Shown one piece after another: positions 37,868 to 47,560 of a DNA stretch of 64,000 nucleotides (position 1 is its first letter; each line of letters starts with the position of its first letter). Location of the stretch: IMG/VR virus record IMGVR_UViG_3300027801_001565, one strand, 5' to 3'. The DNA is from a virus. A program made the translations under genes and the position numbers. The notes under the pieces are model-generated. The model did not search any database. It had not been told where the DNA came from and worked only from the letters and a program-made list of their open reading frames with translations.

Positions 37868-38610
37868 AGACGACCCTTTCTATTCCCAGCAGTTACTTCA
37901 TGTTGAGGTATAGTGTAGTGATAGAAAACTATATCTTCGTCTTCTAACTCTTCCGGGTTGTGTCCGTTGATAAAGTTCCATTTAACATGTAAGTCTTCTC
38001 CCCATCTCACACCATGATCGCTATAAGTTAAAAGCTTCCACATGGTGAAGGTGTCCCACTTACGAGCTGCCTTAGGATAGTCTCCAATTGGAATTGTCTC
38101 GTCCTGCTGTTTAACATACTCTCCCCACCAAGAATCCATTAGTCTAATTGTCTTTGGATTATTTCTGTATATAAACATGCCACAGTGCATTGTCATCTCT
38201 TCCGTATTAGAGAGTTTCGTTAGCGCTGCGTTGTATGGTCTAATCTTTGTGAACAACAAATCTAAATCATCTGGGAGTTGATCAAACACATCTGCAACTG
38301 CCTCATCCTGACATACCATATCGGCATCCAAGTAACAAGTCTTACCCTTGTATGGTGTTTGTCCTAACGCCCATAGTTTAGCTCTTATATGTTTAGGAAC
38401 TTCCCAATGTACAATATAGTCTGCGTGGTTCCAATCGCTTGGTTGTATCCAAGATTCATCATCTGTATAGACTGTAATGTGTGCTTCAGGCCAAAACAAT
38501 TTAACTGACTCTGCACATTCAATAGCTGCTTTATAAAATCTAATAGACTTAGATGCTACTATAATAAATCCATTATCAGGGAAGTCCTCAGGCTTTCTTA
38601 GCATCTTCAC
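37864..38610 (-). CDS. GT-A glycosyltransferase (nucleotide-diphospho-sugar transferase)
   Basis: RAKL.AL..TPY..TCYLDAD, HCG.F.Y, WDTF, WNF and FYHYT motifs. Confidence 0.8.
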   Translation of the reverse strand: MKMLRKPEDFPDNGFIIVASKSIRFYKAAIECAESVKLFWPEAHITVYTDDESWIQPSDWNHADYIVHWEVPKHIRAKLWALGQTPYKGKTCYLDADMVCQDEAVADVFDQLPDDLDLLFTKIRPYNAALTKLSNTEEMTMHCGMFIYRNNPKTIRLMDSWWGEYVKQQDETIPIGDYPKAARKWDTFTMWKLLTYSDHGVRWGEDLHVKWNFINGHNPEELEDEDIVFYHYTIPQHEVTAGNRKGRL

Positions 38611-39130
38611 CAATAACTCCTATCAGCTTAAGTTCTTCGGCTAGTAGTATGCTAGTTAACGCTTGCACTTCTAAAGGCGTTTTAGCTTTACGAACTAGTT
38701 TCTTGAGGGTATTGTTTTTAGAGCTTTTAAGCATTGGTATTTCAAATGCTTCAAGCTTTACATTGAATAGTTGTTCTTGTTTGGCTCTTACAATTTCAGC
38801 TTCGCGTCTTTGTAAGCGTTTCTTGATGTGTTCATCTCTACGCCTGACACCTTCTGCTGTATTAGCATCAATGACGTCTTCGCCATATTCTTCTAGTACT
38901 GCTGAGTAGTCTGGGTTTGTTCCATCTTTATCTTGTATTGATGCGGTAGCTTTTCTACCGTCTGGATACTCAATAGTAACGATGAGATGTTTGTGTTCCT
39001 TACTAGACCAGTAAGGATCTATAAATTTGTATTTACGTTCTTTTGGTGCTTCGGGTTCAGACTCAATAAACTTCTTGTCGGTCTTAATAACCTTAGCTTC
39101 TAAAGGAATGCTCTTCTTCGGCTTTGCCAT
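38588..39130 (-). CDS. Hypothetical protein
   Basis: 180 aa, charged; GGAG RBS. Confidence 0.65.
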   Translation of the reverse strand: MAKPKKSIPLEAKVIKTDKKFIESEPEAPKERKYKFIDPYWSSKEHKHLIVTIEYPDGRKATASIQDKDGTNPDYSAVLEEYGEDVIDANTAEGVRRRDEHIKKRLQRREAEIVRAKQEQLFNVKLEAFEIPMLKSSKNNTLKKLVRKAKTPLEVQALTSILLAEELKLIGVIGEDAKKA

Positions 39131-39151
39131 AATATCTCCATAATGTAAACT

Positions 39152-39159
39152 TATTTATA
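39152..39159 (-). promoter_or_regulatory. Late promoter of the 39130-36078 cluster
   Basis: TATAAATA. Confidence 0.75.
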
Positions 39160-39166
39160 CTGCTAG

Positions 39167-40489
39167 TTAAGCAGTTCTCAACCACAGCCTTACCGTTCCT
39201 ACCGTTGAACTAGAGCTTTGTATTGTATCGCCTGCGTATGTGCCTGCGTATGCTCCAGTATAGTTACCTGCGTATGTACCTGAATAGTAACCTGTATATG
39301 TTCCGGCGTATGTACCTGCATAAGCAGATGTTCCTACATATGCTCCAGAATATGAACCTGAGTAAGCTCCTGCGTATGTTCCGGAATAACTCTTAGCACC
39401 TGTGTAATACCCTGTGTAATAACCTGTGTAATAACCTGTGTAAGAAGTACCTGCATAACCTGAGTAATCATGAGCATAAGAGCCTGCGTAAGCTCCCGCG
39501 TAAGCTCCTGCGTATGCTGAGGTTCCTACATATGCTCCAGTATAGTTACCAGTATAGCTGCCTGCGTATGCTCCTGAATAACTCTTAGCACCTGTATATG
39601 CTCCTGCATAGCTACCTGAGTATGTGCCTGCGTATGCTCCAGTATAGTTACCGGTATATGTACCTGAATAACTACCTGTGTAATTTTGTGATGTTACGTT
39701 TTTAGATGTATCTGTGAAACCACCTGCGTCTCCCATCTGTACCCATGTGCCTGAGCCAGGAGCAGATGATTGTAAAGTGTAAGTCCCTTTACCTTGTCCA
39801 TCCATTATTCTGTTTCTAAAATTTGGAACTAGTTGTTCCATTTCGGCAACGGACATTTCTTTAATTCCGTTTGAACCTTCTACTTTAACTGGTTTGAAAT
39901 TTGAAACTGCTGCTGTTGTAGCTGCTGTTTTCTGCCAAATATACATTGTTGCTGTTGTGCCGTCTACCTGAGTATCGTCTAATTGATATCTAGATGTCCA
40001 CGTACCACCTGATGGTGTAGATGAATTTAATGAATACTGTCCAACTGTATAGTCACTACCTGAAACCATTGAAGCTACAGTTTTGTCTATAATATCTGTA
40101 TCTAGTTGTCCGTCTGTAAACTCGTTTAATCCCGTTGTACCTGATGTTAAGTAACCTATAGGCCTGTTGGTAACACTCTCTGATGCTGTTGCACTAACTT
40201 GTTTAGCTGTGTAAGTAGTTACAGTAGAAGATGCACCGTCTGTTGGATGTGTTCCAACTGCGTCATCTCTTTTAGTATCTGTAATTGAACCAATGGTTGT
40301 ACCGGAGCCTGAGCCGTCTGTTGTTACATTAAGTTCCCCTGTACCTGTTCCATTACTATTATCAGCAAAGTCCTTTGTCAGAATTGCTGAGAAATATTGT
40401 TCTATTTCATTATCTGACATTTCTTGCAGACCCTGGAAGTTTGAACTACTAACTGGATATGAAGATGCTTTGACTTTTAATGGGATCAT
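39167..40489 (-). CDS. Putative virion protein: three repeated domains plus an xYxG tetrapeptide array
   Basis: Three PxK/G...G(L/I)xE(M/F) domains and a 152-aa xYxG array; last gene of the baseplate run. Confidence 0.7.
   Translation of the reverse strand: MIPLKVKASSYPVSSSNFQGLQEMSDNEIEQYFSAILTKDFADNSNGTGTGELNVTTDGSGSGTTIGSITDTKRDDAVGTHPTDGASSTVTTYTAKQVSATASESVTNRPIGYLTSGTTGLNEFTDGQLDTDIIDKTVASMVSGSDYTVGQYSLNSSTPSGGTWTSRYQLDDTQVDGTTATMYIWQKTAATTAAVSNFKPVKVEGSNGIKEMSVAEMEQLVPNFRNRIMDGQGKGTYTLQSSAPGSGTWVQMGDAGGFTDTSKNVTSQNYTGSYSGTYTGNYTGAYAGTYSGSYAGAYTGAKSYSGAYAGSYTGNYTGAYVGTSAYAGAYAGAYAGSYAHDYSGYAGTSYTGYYTGYYTGYYTGAKSYSGTYAGAYSGSYSGAYVGTSAYAGTYAGTYTGYYSGTYAGNYTGAYAGTYAGDTIQSSSSTVGTVRLWLRTA
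39230..39685 (-). repeat. 12-bp-period coding repeat, about 36 x (x-Y-[TASV]-G)
   Basis: NYTG SYSG TYTG ... AYAG TYAG. Confidence 0.95.
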
Positions 40490-40499
40490 TGTTGTTTCC

Positions 40500-41033
40500 T
40501 TAGTTTACTCTGGTGCCTGATGCGTCATATACTACCACTGGAACTAATCTATTCCATTTGGTAGCAGCCACACCGACTAGTTTTAATGAGTGGCCTGATG
40601 CTAAATCAACGGAAGCGTTTGTTGCTCCTGCGTCAATAGATTCGCCAGTTGTTGGGTATATCTTAATAGTGTTTGCTGAGTCATTAAGTATTGTTATTTC
40701 TAACCCTGCTGCTGTATCAGGTAGTTTAACACCTTGATTTGCTGTTGCAGTGGTTACAATATTGTATGTTGATGTAAGGCCTGTGGCTGCTGCCTGATCT
40801 GTTCCAGCTGCTGAAACAGTGGCAGAAGTACTTAGAGTACTTGAACCCGCTACCGAAATATTCGAAGACAGTGCTGCTGTAGTGCCAGTAAAGGCGCCAG
40901 AAGCGGCTAACGTTCCTGCTGCTATGTTAGAGCCTGACTCGTATTTATCGGTATTAAGATTTGTAAAGTTACCGTCTACTTCGTTGTTGGTAAGTGGACT
41001 ACCCTTTGCTGCTCTTAATGTTATAGTTGCCAT
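40500..41033 (-). CDS. Small fibre/adaptor virion protein
   Basis: ITLR..KGSPLT.NEVD.NF.NLN N-terminus; V.LP...G..I.I.N C-terminal domain. Confidence 0.65.
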   Translation of the reverse strand: MATITLRAAKGSPLTNNEVDGNFTNLNTDKYESGSNIAAGTLAASGAFTGTTAALSSNISVAGSSTLSTSATVSAAGTDQAAATGLTSTYNIVTTATANQGVKLPDTAAGLEITILNDSANTIKIYPTTGESIDAGATNASVDLASGHSLKLVGVAATKWNRLVPVVVYDASGTRVN

Positions 41034-41282
41034 TTATGTTTCCTGCCTATTTGTTTTATTAACTAGAATATTAAGCATTTGCCTTATTTCAGTTATTTCT
41101 TTCTTTAAAGTATTTATATCATTCTCATACTCTAGAATTTTATTATTTCGACTTCTTTGCATCTTGTATGCCTCCAAGCCTGTATAATTTCTACTAAGTA
41201 TAGCCTTTGATTCCTTATCCCTTACGAGATCTCTTTCTCCGCTAATATTTATAACGTCTTTCTTAGGTTGTTCTTTTATCAT
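41034..41282 (-). CDS. Conserved small coiled-coil protein
   Basis: LVRD..SKAIL and I..LK.EI.EIRQML motifs. Confidence 0.65.
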   Translation of the reverse strand: MIKEQPKKDVINISGERDLVRDKESKAILSRNYTGLEAYKMQRSRNNKILEYENDINTLKKEITEIRQMLNILVNKTNRQET

Positions 41283-41287
41283 GTGTA

Positions 41288-44200
41288 TTATGCCTGAAGA
41301 GCTATAGCCCTTAAGTCTTTAAACTTAGGTACTTGTGCTGTATTGGATGATAATGGTACAATTTTAACTGCAAAGGTTTTAAAGCCTGAGTGTGTAACAG
41401 TAGCAGTTGCTCCTGTTGCCGTCGCTCCACTACCACCACCGCCTGTAATTGTTATAGTAGGTGTACTTGTATAACCTCTTCCAGGGTTTGTAATAGTAAT
41501 TGAACTAACTGTTGTACCGCCGTTTAAATTTGCCTTTGCCGTCGCTCCAAAACCATTGCCGCCAGTTATAGAAACAGTTGGTACCGAGGAGTAACCAGAG
41601 CCTGCTGCTGTAACTGTTATTGCTGAAACAGTTTCTAAGTCGTATTCAAATTCTCCACTATTTAAACCATATGTACCGGAGCTTTTGATTGGTAAAGTGT
41701 ACAAATATTCTGCAAAACCATCTGTTCTTTCGTATGGTGCTGTAGTTGATGATAGTTCTAACCAACTTAAATCTTCCTGGAAGTCTCCCTCATCTGCTGA
41801 GTTCATTAACTTACCATATACTTTAATGCTTCCTTCACTTGGAATTGAGGCATCAATATATACATTAAGATCTTCTGCGTCCATTCCGTCTTCTAGTATT
41901 ACACGTCTTGAAATGTACTTGGATTTAGCACTACCACCGGTCCTGCCGTCTTCACCTGTTGATACATTGTTAACATCATTTGCTACTAGTAGCATGTTTA
42001 ACATATCCAAAGGAATCATTGGTGAGATGTTTCTTTGAGGTGTACTCATTATTAACTTCAACATTGCTGAAGCTTTAGATGCGTATGTTGTTACTTCGTT
42101 TGAATAACTGTAAATAGTTTTTTCATTTAATAGATTAAGTGTACTGTTAAATGTTAACGGTTCATACACTGGAGCTTGTTCTGCGTTACTAACAGCACCT
42201 GTTTTTGTTAGGGCTATGGATGCAATACATTGTGTTTCTGCGCCTGGCATTAATAGTGATGCGTTTAGCGCAATGTCATTAACTACCTTGTCTGTGAATT
42301 TTTCGATTGAAGTATATCCTCTAGCTGAGCCTATCTTCATACCTGTTGTAAACTGTCCTGATCTCCAACTAACCTCGGCATACTTATGTAGGCTATTCCA
42401 GCCTTGTACAACACCTTGGTTAAGAGATACAGTTCCTGTTGCTTGTGTAGCTGAACCTGCTGAAATTGTTATAGTAGGTGCACTTAAATAACCTGATCCT
42501 GGATTAGTTACTGTTAATGCTGTTATAACATCTCCTGTAACAGTTGCTGTCATTGCTAATCCTGTTCCGTTTGTGCCTGTGTTTGTTACTGTAACAGTAG
42601 GTGTAAGTCCGCTATAACCTGTGCCTGCGTTTGTAATTGCTGGAGTAAAGCCAACAACCATATCGCCTGGTGTTAGTTGAACCATTGATGTAGGAACATA
42701 TGTTCCAACTTCAGGTGTAATCCAATCAACTTTGGCATTTCTCACATACCCTGTTACTTTAGTATCTGTTTTAAAGTCTGCAACCTTAAGATTAAACATC
42801 ATGTCTTTTGATTGCTCAGGACTCCATGTTCTATCATTAGCCGAGCTAAACATCATACCAGCGTGTGGTTGTTTAGTTATTCTTTCTGATGTTCCGTATT
42901 GGTTTTCACCCAACTCTGAGATCCACAATGTGTAATCTAGATTATCGTTCTCTGGTTTTGGAACAAAACAGTACTCTGTATCGTTTTGTAAATACACCAT
43001 GTCTCGGAATTTAAATGTTGTTGGTGTAAATGTTGTAACACCATCTGTTTCAGATGAAATATTAATCGATGTTCTTTCTAAATATCTAGATCCGTTTGGA
43101 ACTACTTTAGGTCCAGGGACTCCATTAATTACTTCTCTTAATTCTACTGTTACTCCATCAGTTCCTGATGTAGGTCTTCCCTTGAAGAACAAATCAATTT
43201 CAGTTACAAACAATCCTCCGGCCATTCCGCCTACTGAAAATGTTTGTGCTAACGGATCGCCTCCCATATTAAATCCCCAGAAGTCGAAGCCCCAATCAAA
43301 GTTCTCTCCAAAATCGAATTGGAAGTCGTCAATAACAGGTTCTGGATCTGGAATTGGATCTGGAACTGGAATGAATATTGGCCAATCTATAATTGGCCAG
43401 CCGAATAGAGCAGGCGTGAAGAATAGCGGTGGATCGGGAGGAGCTGTGAATGTTTCAGGTGGCGCCGTGAATGTTACTGGCGTTATAATCTGTGTAAAGG
43501 TTACAACTTCAGTAAATGAAGCTACATTAGTAAACGTTACTACCGGTGCTGGTACAGGTGTTACTGGTGCCGGTACTTCAACAAATACCGTCTCTGTTAC
43601 TGTGTTGTCTATTATAGTAACAATAGGTGGGTTGTTTATAATAACCGGTGCCGGTGCTGGTGGGAGGGGTGACCCTGCTCCAATAGAAACACCTAAAGAC
43701 ACATCTGTTGTTACTCTATCATCTGAAAATTGAGATGTATTAACGTTAGCAGTTTTCATTGCAACAATAGTGTCTTGCTTTGTCTGTGTTAGTCCTGATG
43801 ACTCATATATTGCTGTTGCTGATGTTACCGAAATCTTATCGTTATTTGTGGGACTGTCTGTTAGTTTAAATACTCTAGCACCTGTTCTAAATACCCCTTG
43901 AGGTATTAGGAAGTTAACTGCTACAACTCCAGCTGCGTCTGTCATAAGCACTTGGTTGCCAGTTGATAGTGTACAATTTGTCGTTACACTTTCACCATCG
44001 AAGAATGGATAAACTCTAGTATTAGGTTTTAATCTTCTTGCTTGAACTACAACCAATCTAGAACGCATAAATGGTGCAATGGCTGTATCAACTACCTTCT
44101 CTCCTAGGTTTTGTGTCTCAGTTGATGCCGAAATGTCTAATGCAATACCCTGTCTAACTTGGGTTTGTTGTGTTGTAGTGGTGGTAAATAGTGAAGAACT

Positions 44201-47200
44201 TCCGTCTCCCCCGCCTGTTGAAAATGTATCTAAGGCCTGGGTTGTTGATGTAACATTTGCTACACCGGTGTCTTCCCAATCGCCCCATTGTGTGCCCCAA
44301 GCGTCTGCCATGTTTTCCCAAGCATCGTAGTTACCATCAAAGTTTACATTGACTGCTGGCCTAATAGCTGTGTCTACATAGTTGTCTACGTTAGGATTGA
44401 GTGTTATATCTCCGAAATAGTTAAATTGTAACTCTTTAGCTAAGTTCTCAAATTGACTTGCTTTGTTTTGTTCTATATACATTCTTTGAGAATACGGGAG
44501 TGATAATGAACTACCAGTTCTAACTAGAGTTGATACTGTGTTACTAGTGGGATTAGTGATACCTGAATGTACAAGAGTCTCAATGTTTTCTGTAACAAAG
44601 AACGGCCTCGCATGTTTGGCTTTACCATCAACTGCTATGTGGTAATCAGGATCTAATACTGCCCCTACGTTGTGGCCTGTGAAAGGATCCACTAATATGC
44701 CATTTTTAAATCTATCTGTTCCACTAGCATTAATAATTGTTTGATCTTTAGCATATGTCTCTAATAAGTTTAAAGATGCATAATACTCTAAGTTTTTAAT
44801 CCTAGATTCTAATCCACCAATGTCTTGCATTGTGAATCTTTTATTAGCTGCTTGTTTTACTACTACACCATAATCAGGCCTGTTTACTGTCTTGGCTAAT
44901 TGAGGTGAAACACATGGATATGGTGGCAATTTAATATTTGCCAAAGTCATTGATTGAGCAGGTTCAGGTGGTAACTTAGGCGTATTTGAATTTGCCCCTT
45001 CTACTATTCTGAAATTGCCGTCAAAGTCTAATACTACTCTAATATGTTTTCCAATGTAGTATTGTAAGTCTGTTGTAAATGTGCCTGTAGGTACTGGATT
45101 TGTTAATCCTGAACCGGGTCTGTTAATTGTTTCAGATGCATCAGGGTTAACAGTAGCACCAGCTAACGTTGCTGAGGTTGCTGCTGTATTAATTGTTTTA
45201 GGTCTAAAGTCGATTGAATCTCTAAGATCTATATCGCCATATTTATTTGATCTATAAAGTGGAATGTCCTCTGTTCTGATTGTGCCGGATGCTGGTGTTG
45301 CAGTATCATCTACAGGGTAACTATCTACACTTGAGAACGTTGCTGTTGAAACTGTGTCCGTAAAGAACGACATCTTAACAACGATATATCTGTTTGTTGA
45401 TAAATTAATAGTACTTGTTGAATGTTTAAATAGTTTAGCTTGGCCAAAGTAGTTGTCTTGTTGACCTGTTATAAATCTAAACTGATCTGTTACATCTACT
45501 TGTCCTGTTACATAGTCTGAATTGCTACCAATTGTAATAGATGATATTTTATATCCATCACAAACACCTAGGTTATATTCACCTGATGTTGAATTTACAT
45601 GTGTACCAGTATCAAGTTTAATGTATTTGTCTACTTGTAAAGCTTTAGCAATTGGTTGTGCGTTTGCTATTTGAGTATTAACATATACTCTTACATCTGC
45701 CGAACCCGCTCCTACTGTAATTGCTCCGCCTAGATCTATTGTTATAGATGTTGAACTGTTAACAGTAACCGAAGCATTTGTATTTGTTGATGTTAAGTCT
45801 ATATAATCGCCGGCCGCGATTGTTGCTACATTTTGTACGAATCCGTCTTTACTAACAACAATAAAGTTGCTAACAATTTGAGAATCTGTTAATGTCCCAG
45901 AGTATGGGAATGTCTCACTTCCGGAAGTTGTTATTGTAACGTTACCACCAGATGTATCTAGTGTTACATCATACTCTTTCATGTATGTGTATGTGTAGTC
46001 TAATGAGCCAGCATCGGCTTCTAATGTTTTAATATTTTTATATGGAAGTTTGTAAACTAATTTGTTTACTTTTGTTTCGCTTAGTACAGCTTTACTACTT
46101 ACTAATACAGCATTTGCTATACCTGGGTTTGCTGTTTCTGATCTAAGGCCTCTGACTGCTGTAAAATCACCTGAAGACATTTTAACATCATATAAGTAAA
46201 TTCTATATACTGCTGATGTTGCTCCGGCTGTTCCGCTAGTCCAACATATGTGTCTTGCTTTTGCTGTACCAACTTTTGTTCCTGCTGCTGAAGCAGCGCC
46301 GTCTTGTACTGCATTGTATAAGTCTACAACTGTTCCACCATCTACATCAAATACACCGTGTGTATGATTTACGCTTATATAATTACCATAAGCAGTAGAC
46401 AATGTTCTTGATTCTTCAGTCTCAAATGCTAATGATTTGTATATTGGAATTCTTTTTGTGCTTGATAGTTCTCTTTTAAAACCACCAACATATGAAATAC
46501 CTGGATCTATTCCAATAACAAGTGCTTTGTTTGTTCCGTTATTAGCAGCTGTATATAGGCCGCCATTTGTACCGTTATTAAGATGCTCTCTTATTGAAAC
46601 AGTATTACCCTTAACTAAGTAGTTGCCTGATTCGTCATAAGTCCTTCCAGCTAGGATTTTACCTACGCCTGATAGTGGATTGTCTTTAAGATTAATCCTT
46701 TGAATTTCTCCGCCAGTCCAATTAACATATGTGTAAAAGTTTTCTGGTTTTGTAGCTGTATCATCATATGATGCTAGAGTAACTGTATACTCTAAACGAT
46801 CTGCTCCAGGAGCATTAAAGTTAAACGATCCCTGTGCCGGATCTAATAAGCTATTATCTGTTGATGATTGTTTTACTGCCTCGCCTATTAGGAAGCCAAC
46901 ATTTTTGGATTTCATTCCGTAGTATTTGTCGACTAAACAACTAATTTTATTTGTTTTAATAAATGCGCCACGTGCGTATATAACACCGGGTTCAAGTATA
47001 ACTCTACTTGTTTGTCCTGAATAGCCTGTAGCTGAATTTACAACTAGCGTATCGCCGTTGTATAAAGCGTAACCATATCCTGTAGTTGTTCCGTCTGATG
47101 GAATGAGTGTTAGTGTTTCACTTGCCTGAAAAGTAGTCTTAGTAGATGTTATACTGCTTGTATTATATACTAAATACAAAGTTTTCATGTTAGGTGCGCC

Positions 47201-47557
47201 AGCAACAGTTCCTGTTTCAACTGCTGTTATCGTAGCTCGCAAGCCTGTCGTTCCACCCTGGACATCCATACCAACATAACCTTTTAAAGCTGTGTCAGTA
47301 ATTGCAGCTGAAGCTGCGTCGGTATCTTGTATTTTAATATATGATACTCTTTGTACTGTCTCAGCACAACCTGTTACAACTGCTCCCTCTTGTAACAAGA
47401 ACCCAAATCCCTTAGAGAATTGATCCTGTAGAATAGTTTGTAGTTGTGTTAGTTCCCTTGCCTGTACAGCGACGCCGGGTTTAAAAAGAATCCTATGAAA
47501 CTTTTTATCTTGACTAAAATCGTCGTAGTATGGTGATGCGTTTAAATTGAGTGCCAT
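41288..47557 (-). CDS. Large baseplate/virion structural protein (DUF4815/VrlC-like)
   Basis: LN.SPYYDDF, QARELTQLQ, APGADR, RTYDESGNY, DRFKNG..VD.F, DPLAQTF and FAVKIV...P...DLRAIAL motifs. Confidence 0.85.
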   Translation of the reverse strand: MALNLNASPYYDDFSQDKKFHRILFKPGVAVQARELTQLQTILQDQFSKGFGFLLQEGAVVTGCAETVQRVSYIKIQDTDAASAAITDTALKGYVGMDVQGGTTGLRATITAVETGTVAGAPNMKTLYLVYNTSSITSTKTTFQASETLTLIPSDGTTTGYGYALYNGDTLVVNSATGYSGQTSRVILEPGVIYARGAFIKTNKISCLVDKYYGMKSKNVGFLIGEAVKQSSTDNSLLDPAQGSFNFNAPGADRLEYTVTLASYDDTATKPENFYTYVNWTGGEIQRINLKDNPLSGVGKILAGRTYDESGNYLVKGNTVSIREHLNNGTNGGLYTAANNGTNKALVIGIDPGISYVGGFKRELSSTKRIPIYKSLAFETEESRTLSTAYGNYISVNHTHGVFDVDGGTVVDLYNAVQDGAASAAGTKVGTAKARHICWTSGTAGATSAVYRIYLYDVKMSSGDFTAVRGLRSETANPGIANAVLVSSKAVLSETKVNKLVYKLPYKNIKTLEADAGSLDYTYTYMKEYDVTLDTSGGNVTITTSGSETFPYSGTLTDSQIVSNFIVVSKDGFVQNVATIAAGDYIDLTSTNTNASVTVNSSTSITIDLGGAITVGAGSADVRVYVNTQIANAQPIAKALQVDKYIKLDTGTHVNSTSGEYNLGVCDGYKISSITIGSNSDYVTGQVDVTDQFRFITGQQDNYFGQAKLFKHSTSTINLSTNRYIVVKMSFFTDTVSTATFSSVDSYPVDDTATPASGTIRTEDIPLYRSNKYGDIDLRDSIDFRPKTINTAATSATLAGATVNPDASETINRPGSGLTNPVPTGTFTTDLQYYIGKHIRVVLDFDGNFRIVEGANSNTPKLPPEPAQSMTLANIKLPPYPCVSPQLAKTVNRPDYGVVVKQAANKRFTMQDIGGLESRIKNLEYYASLNLLETYAKDQTIINASGTDRFKNGILVDPFTGHNVGAVLDPDYHIAVDGKAKHARPFFVTENIETLVHSGITNPTSNTVSTLVRTGSSLSLPYSQRMYIEQNKASQFENLAKELQFNYFGDITLNPNVDNYVDTAIRPAVNVNFDGNYDAWENMADAWGTQWGDWEDTGVANVTSTTQALDTFSTGGGDGSSSLFTTTTTQQTQVRQGIALDISASTETQNLGEKVVDTAIAPFMRSRLVVVQARRLKPNTRVYPFFDGESVTTNCTLSTGNQVLMTDAAGVVAVNFLIPQGVFRTGARVFKLTDSPTNNDKISVTSATAIYESSGLTQTKQDTIVAMKTANVNTSQFSDDRVTTDVSLGVSIGAGSPLPPAPAPVIINNPPIVTIIDNTVTETVFVEVPAPVTPVPAPVVTFTNVASFTEVVTFTQIITPVTFTAPPETFTAPPDPPLFFTPALFGWPIIDWPIFIPVPDPIPDPEPVIDDFQFDFGENFDWGFDFWGFNMGGDPLAQTFSVGGMAGGLFVTEIDLFFKGRPTSGTDGVTVELREVINGVPGPKVVPNGSRYLERTSINISSETDGVTTFTPTTFKFRDMVYLQNDTEYCFVPKPENDNLDYTLWISELGENQYGTSERITKQPHAGMMFSSANDRTWSPEQSKDMMFNLKVADFKTDTKVTGYVRNAKVDWITPEVGTYVPTSMVQLTPGDMVVGFTPAITNAGTGYSGLTPTVTVTNTGTNGTGLAMTATVTGDVITALTVTNPGSGYLSAPTITISAGSATQATGTVSLNQGVVQGWNSLHKYAEVSWRSGQFTTGMKIGSARGYTSIEKFTDKVVNDIALNASLLMPGAETQCIASIALTKTGAVSNAEQAPVYEPLTFNSTLNLLNEKTIYSYSNEVTTYASKASAMLKLIMSTPQRNISPMIPLDMLNMLLVANDVNNVSTGEDGRTGGSAKSKYISRRVILEDGMDAEDLNVYIDASIPSEGSIKVYGKLMNSADEGDFQEDLSWLELSSTTAPYERTDGFAEYLYTLPIKSSGTYGLNSGEFEYDLETVSAITVTAAGSGYSSVPTVSITGGNGFGATAKANLNGGTTVSSITITNPGRGYTSTPTITITGGGGSGATATGATATVTHSGFKTFAVKIVPLSSNTAQVPKFKDLRAIALQA

Positions 47558-47560
47558 GTG

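Noticed and set aside
39230-39685. CRISPR-like or non-coding repeat array
   Set aside because: 12-bp period with synonymous variation inside an ORF, and no spacers.
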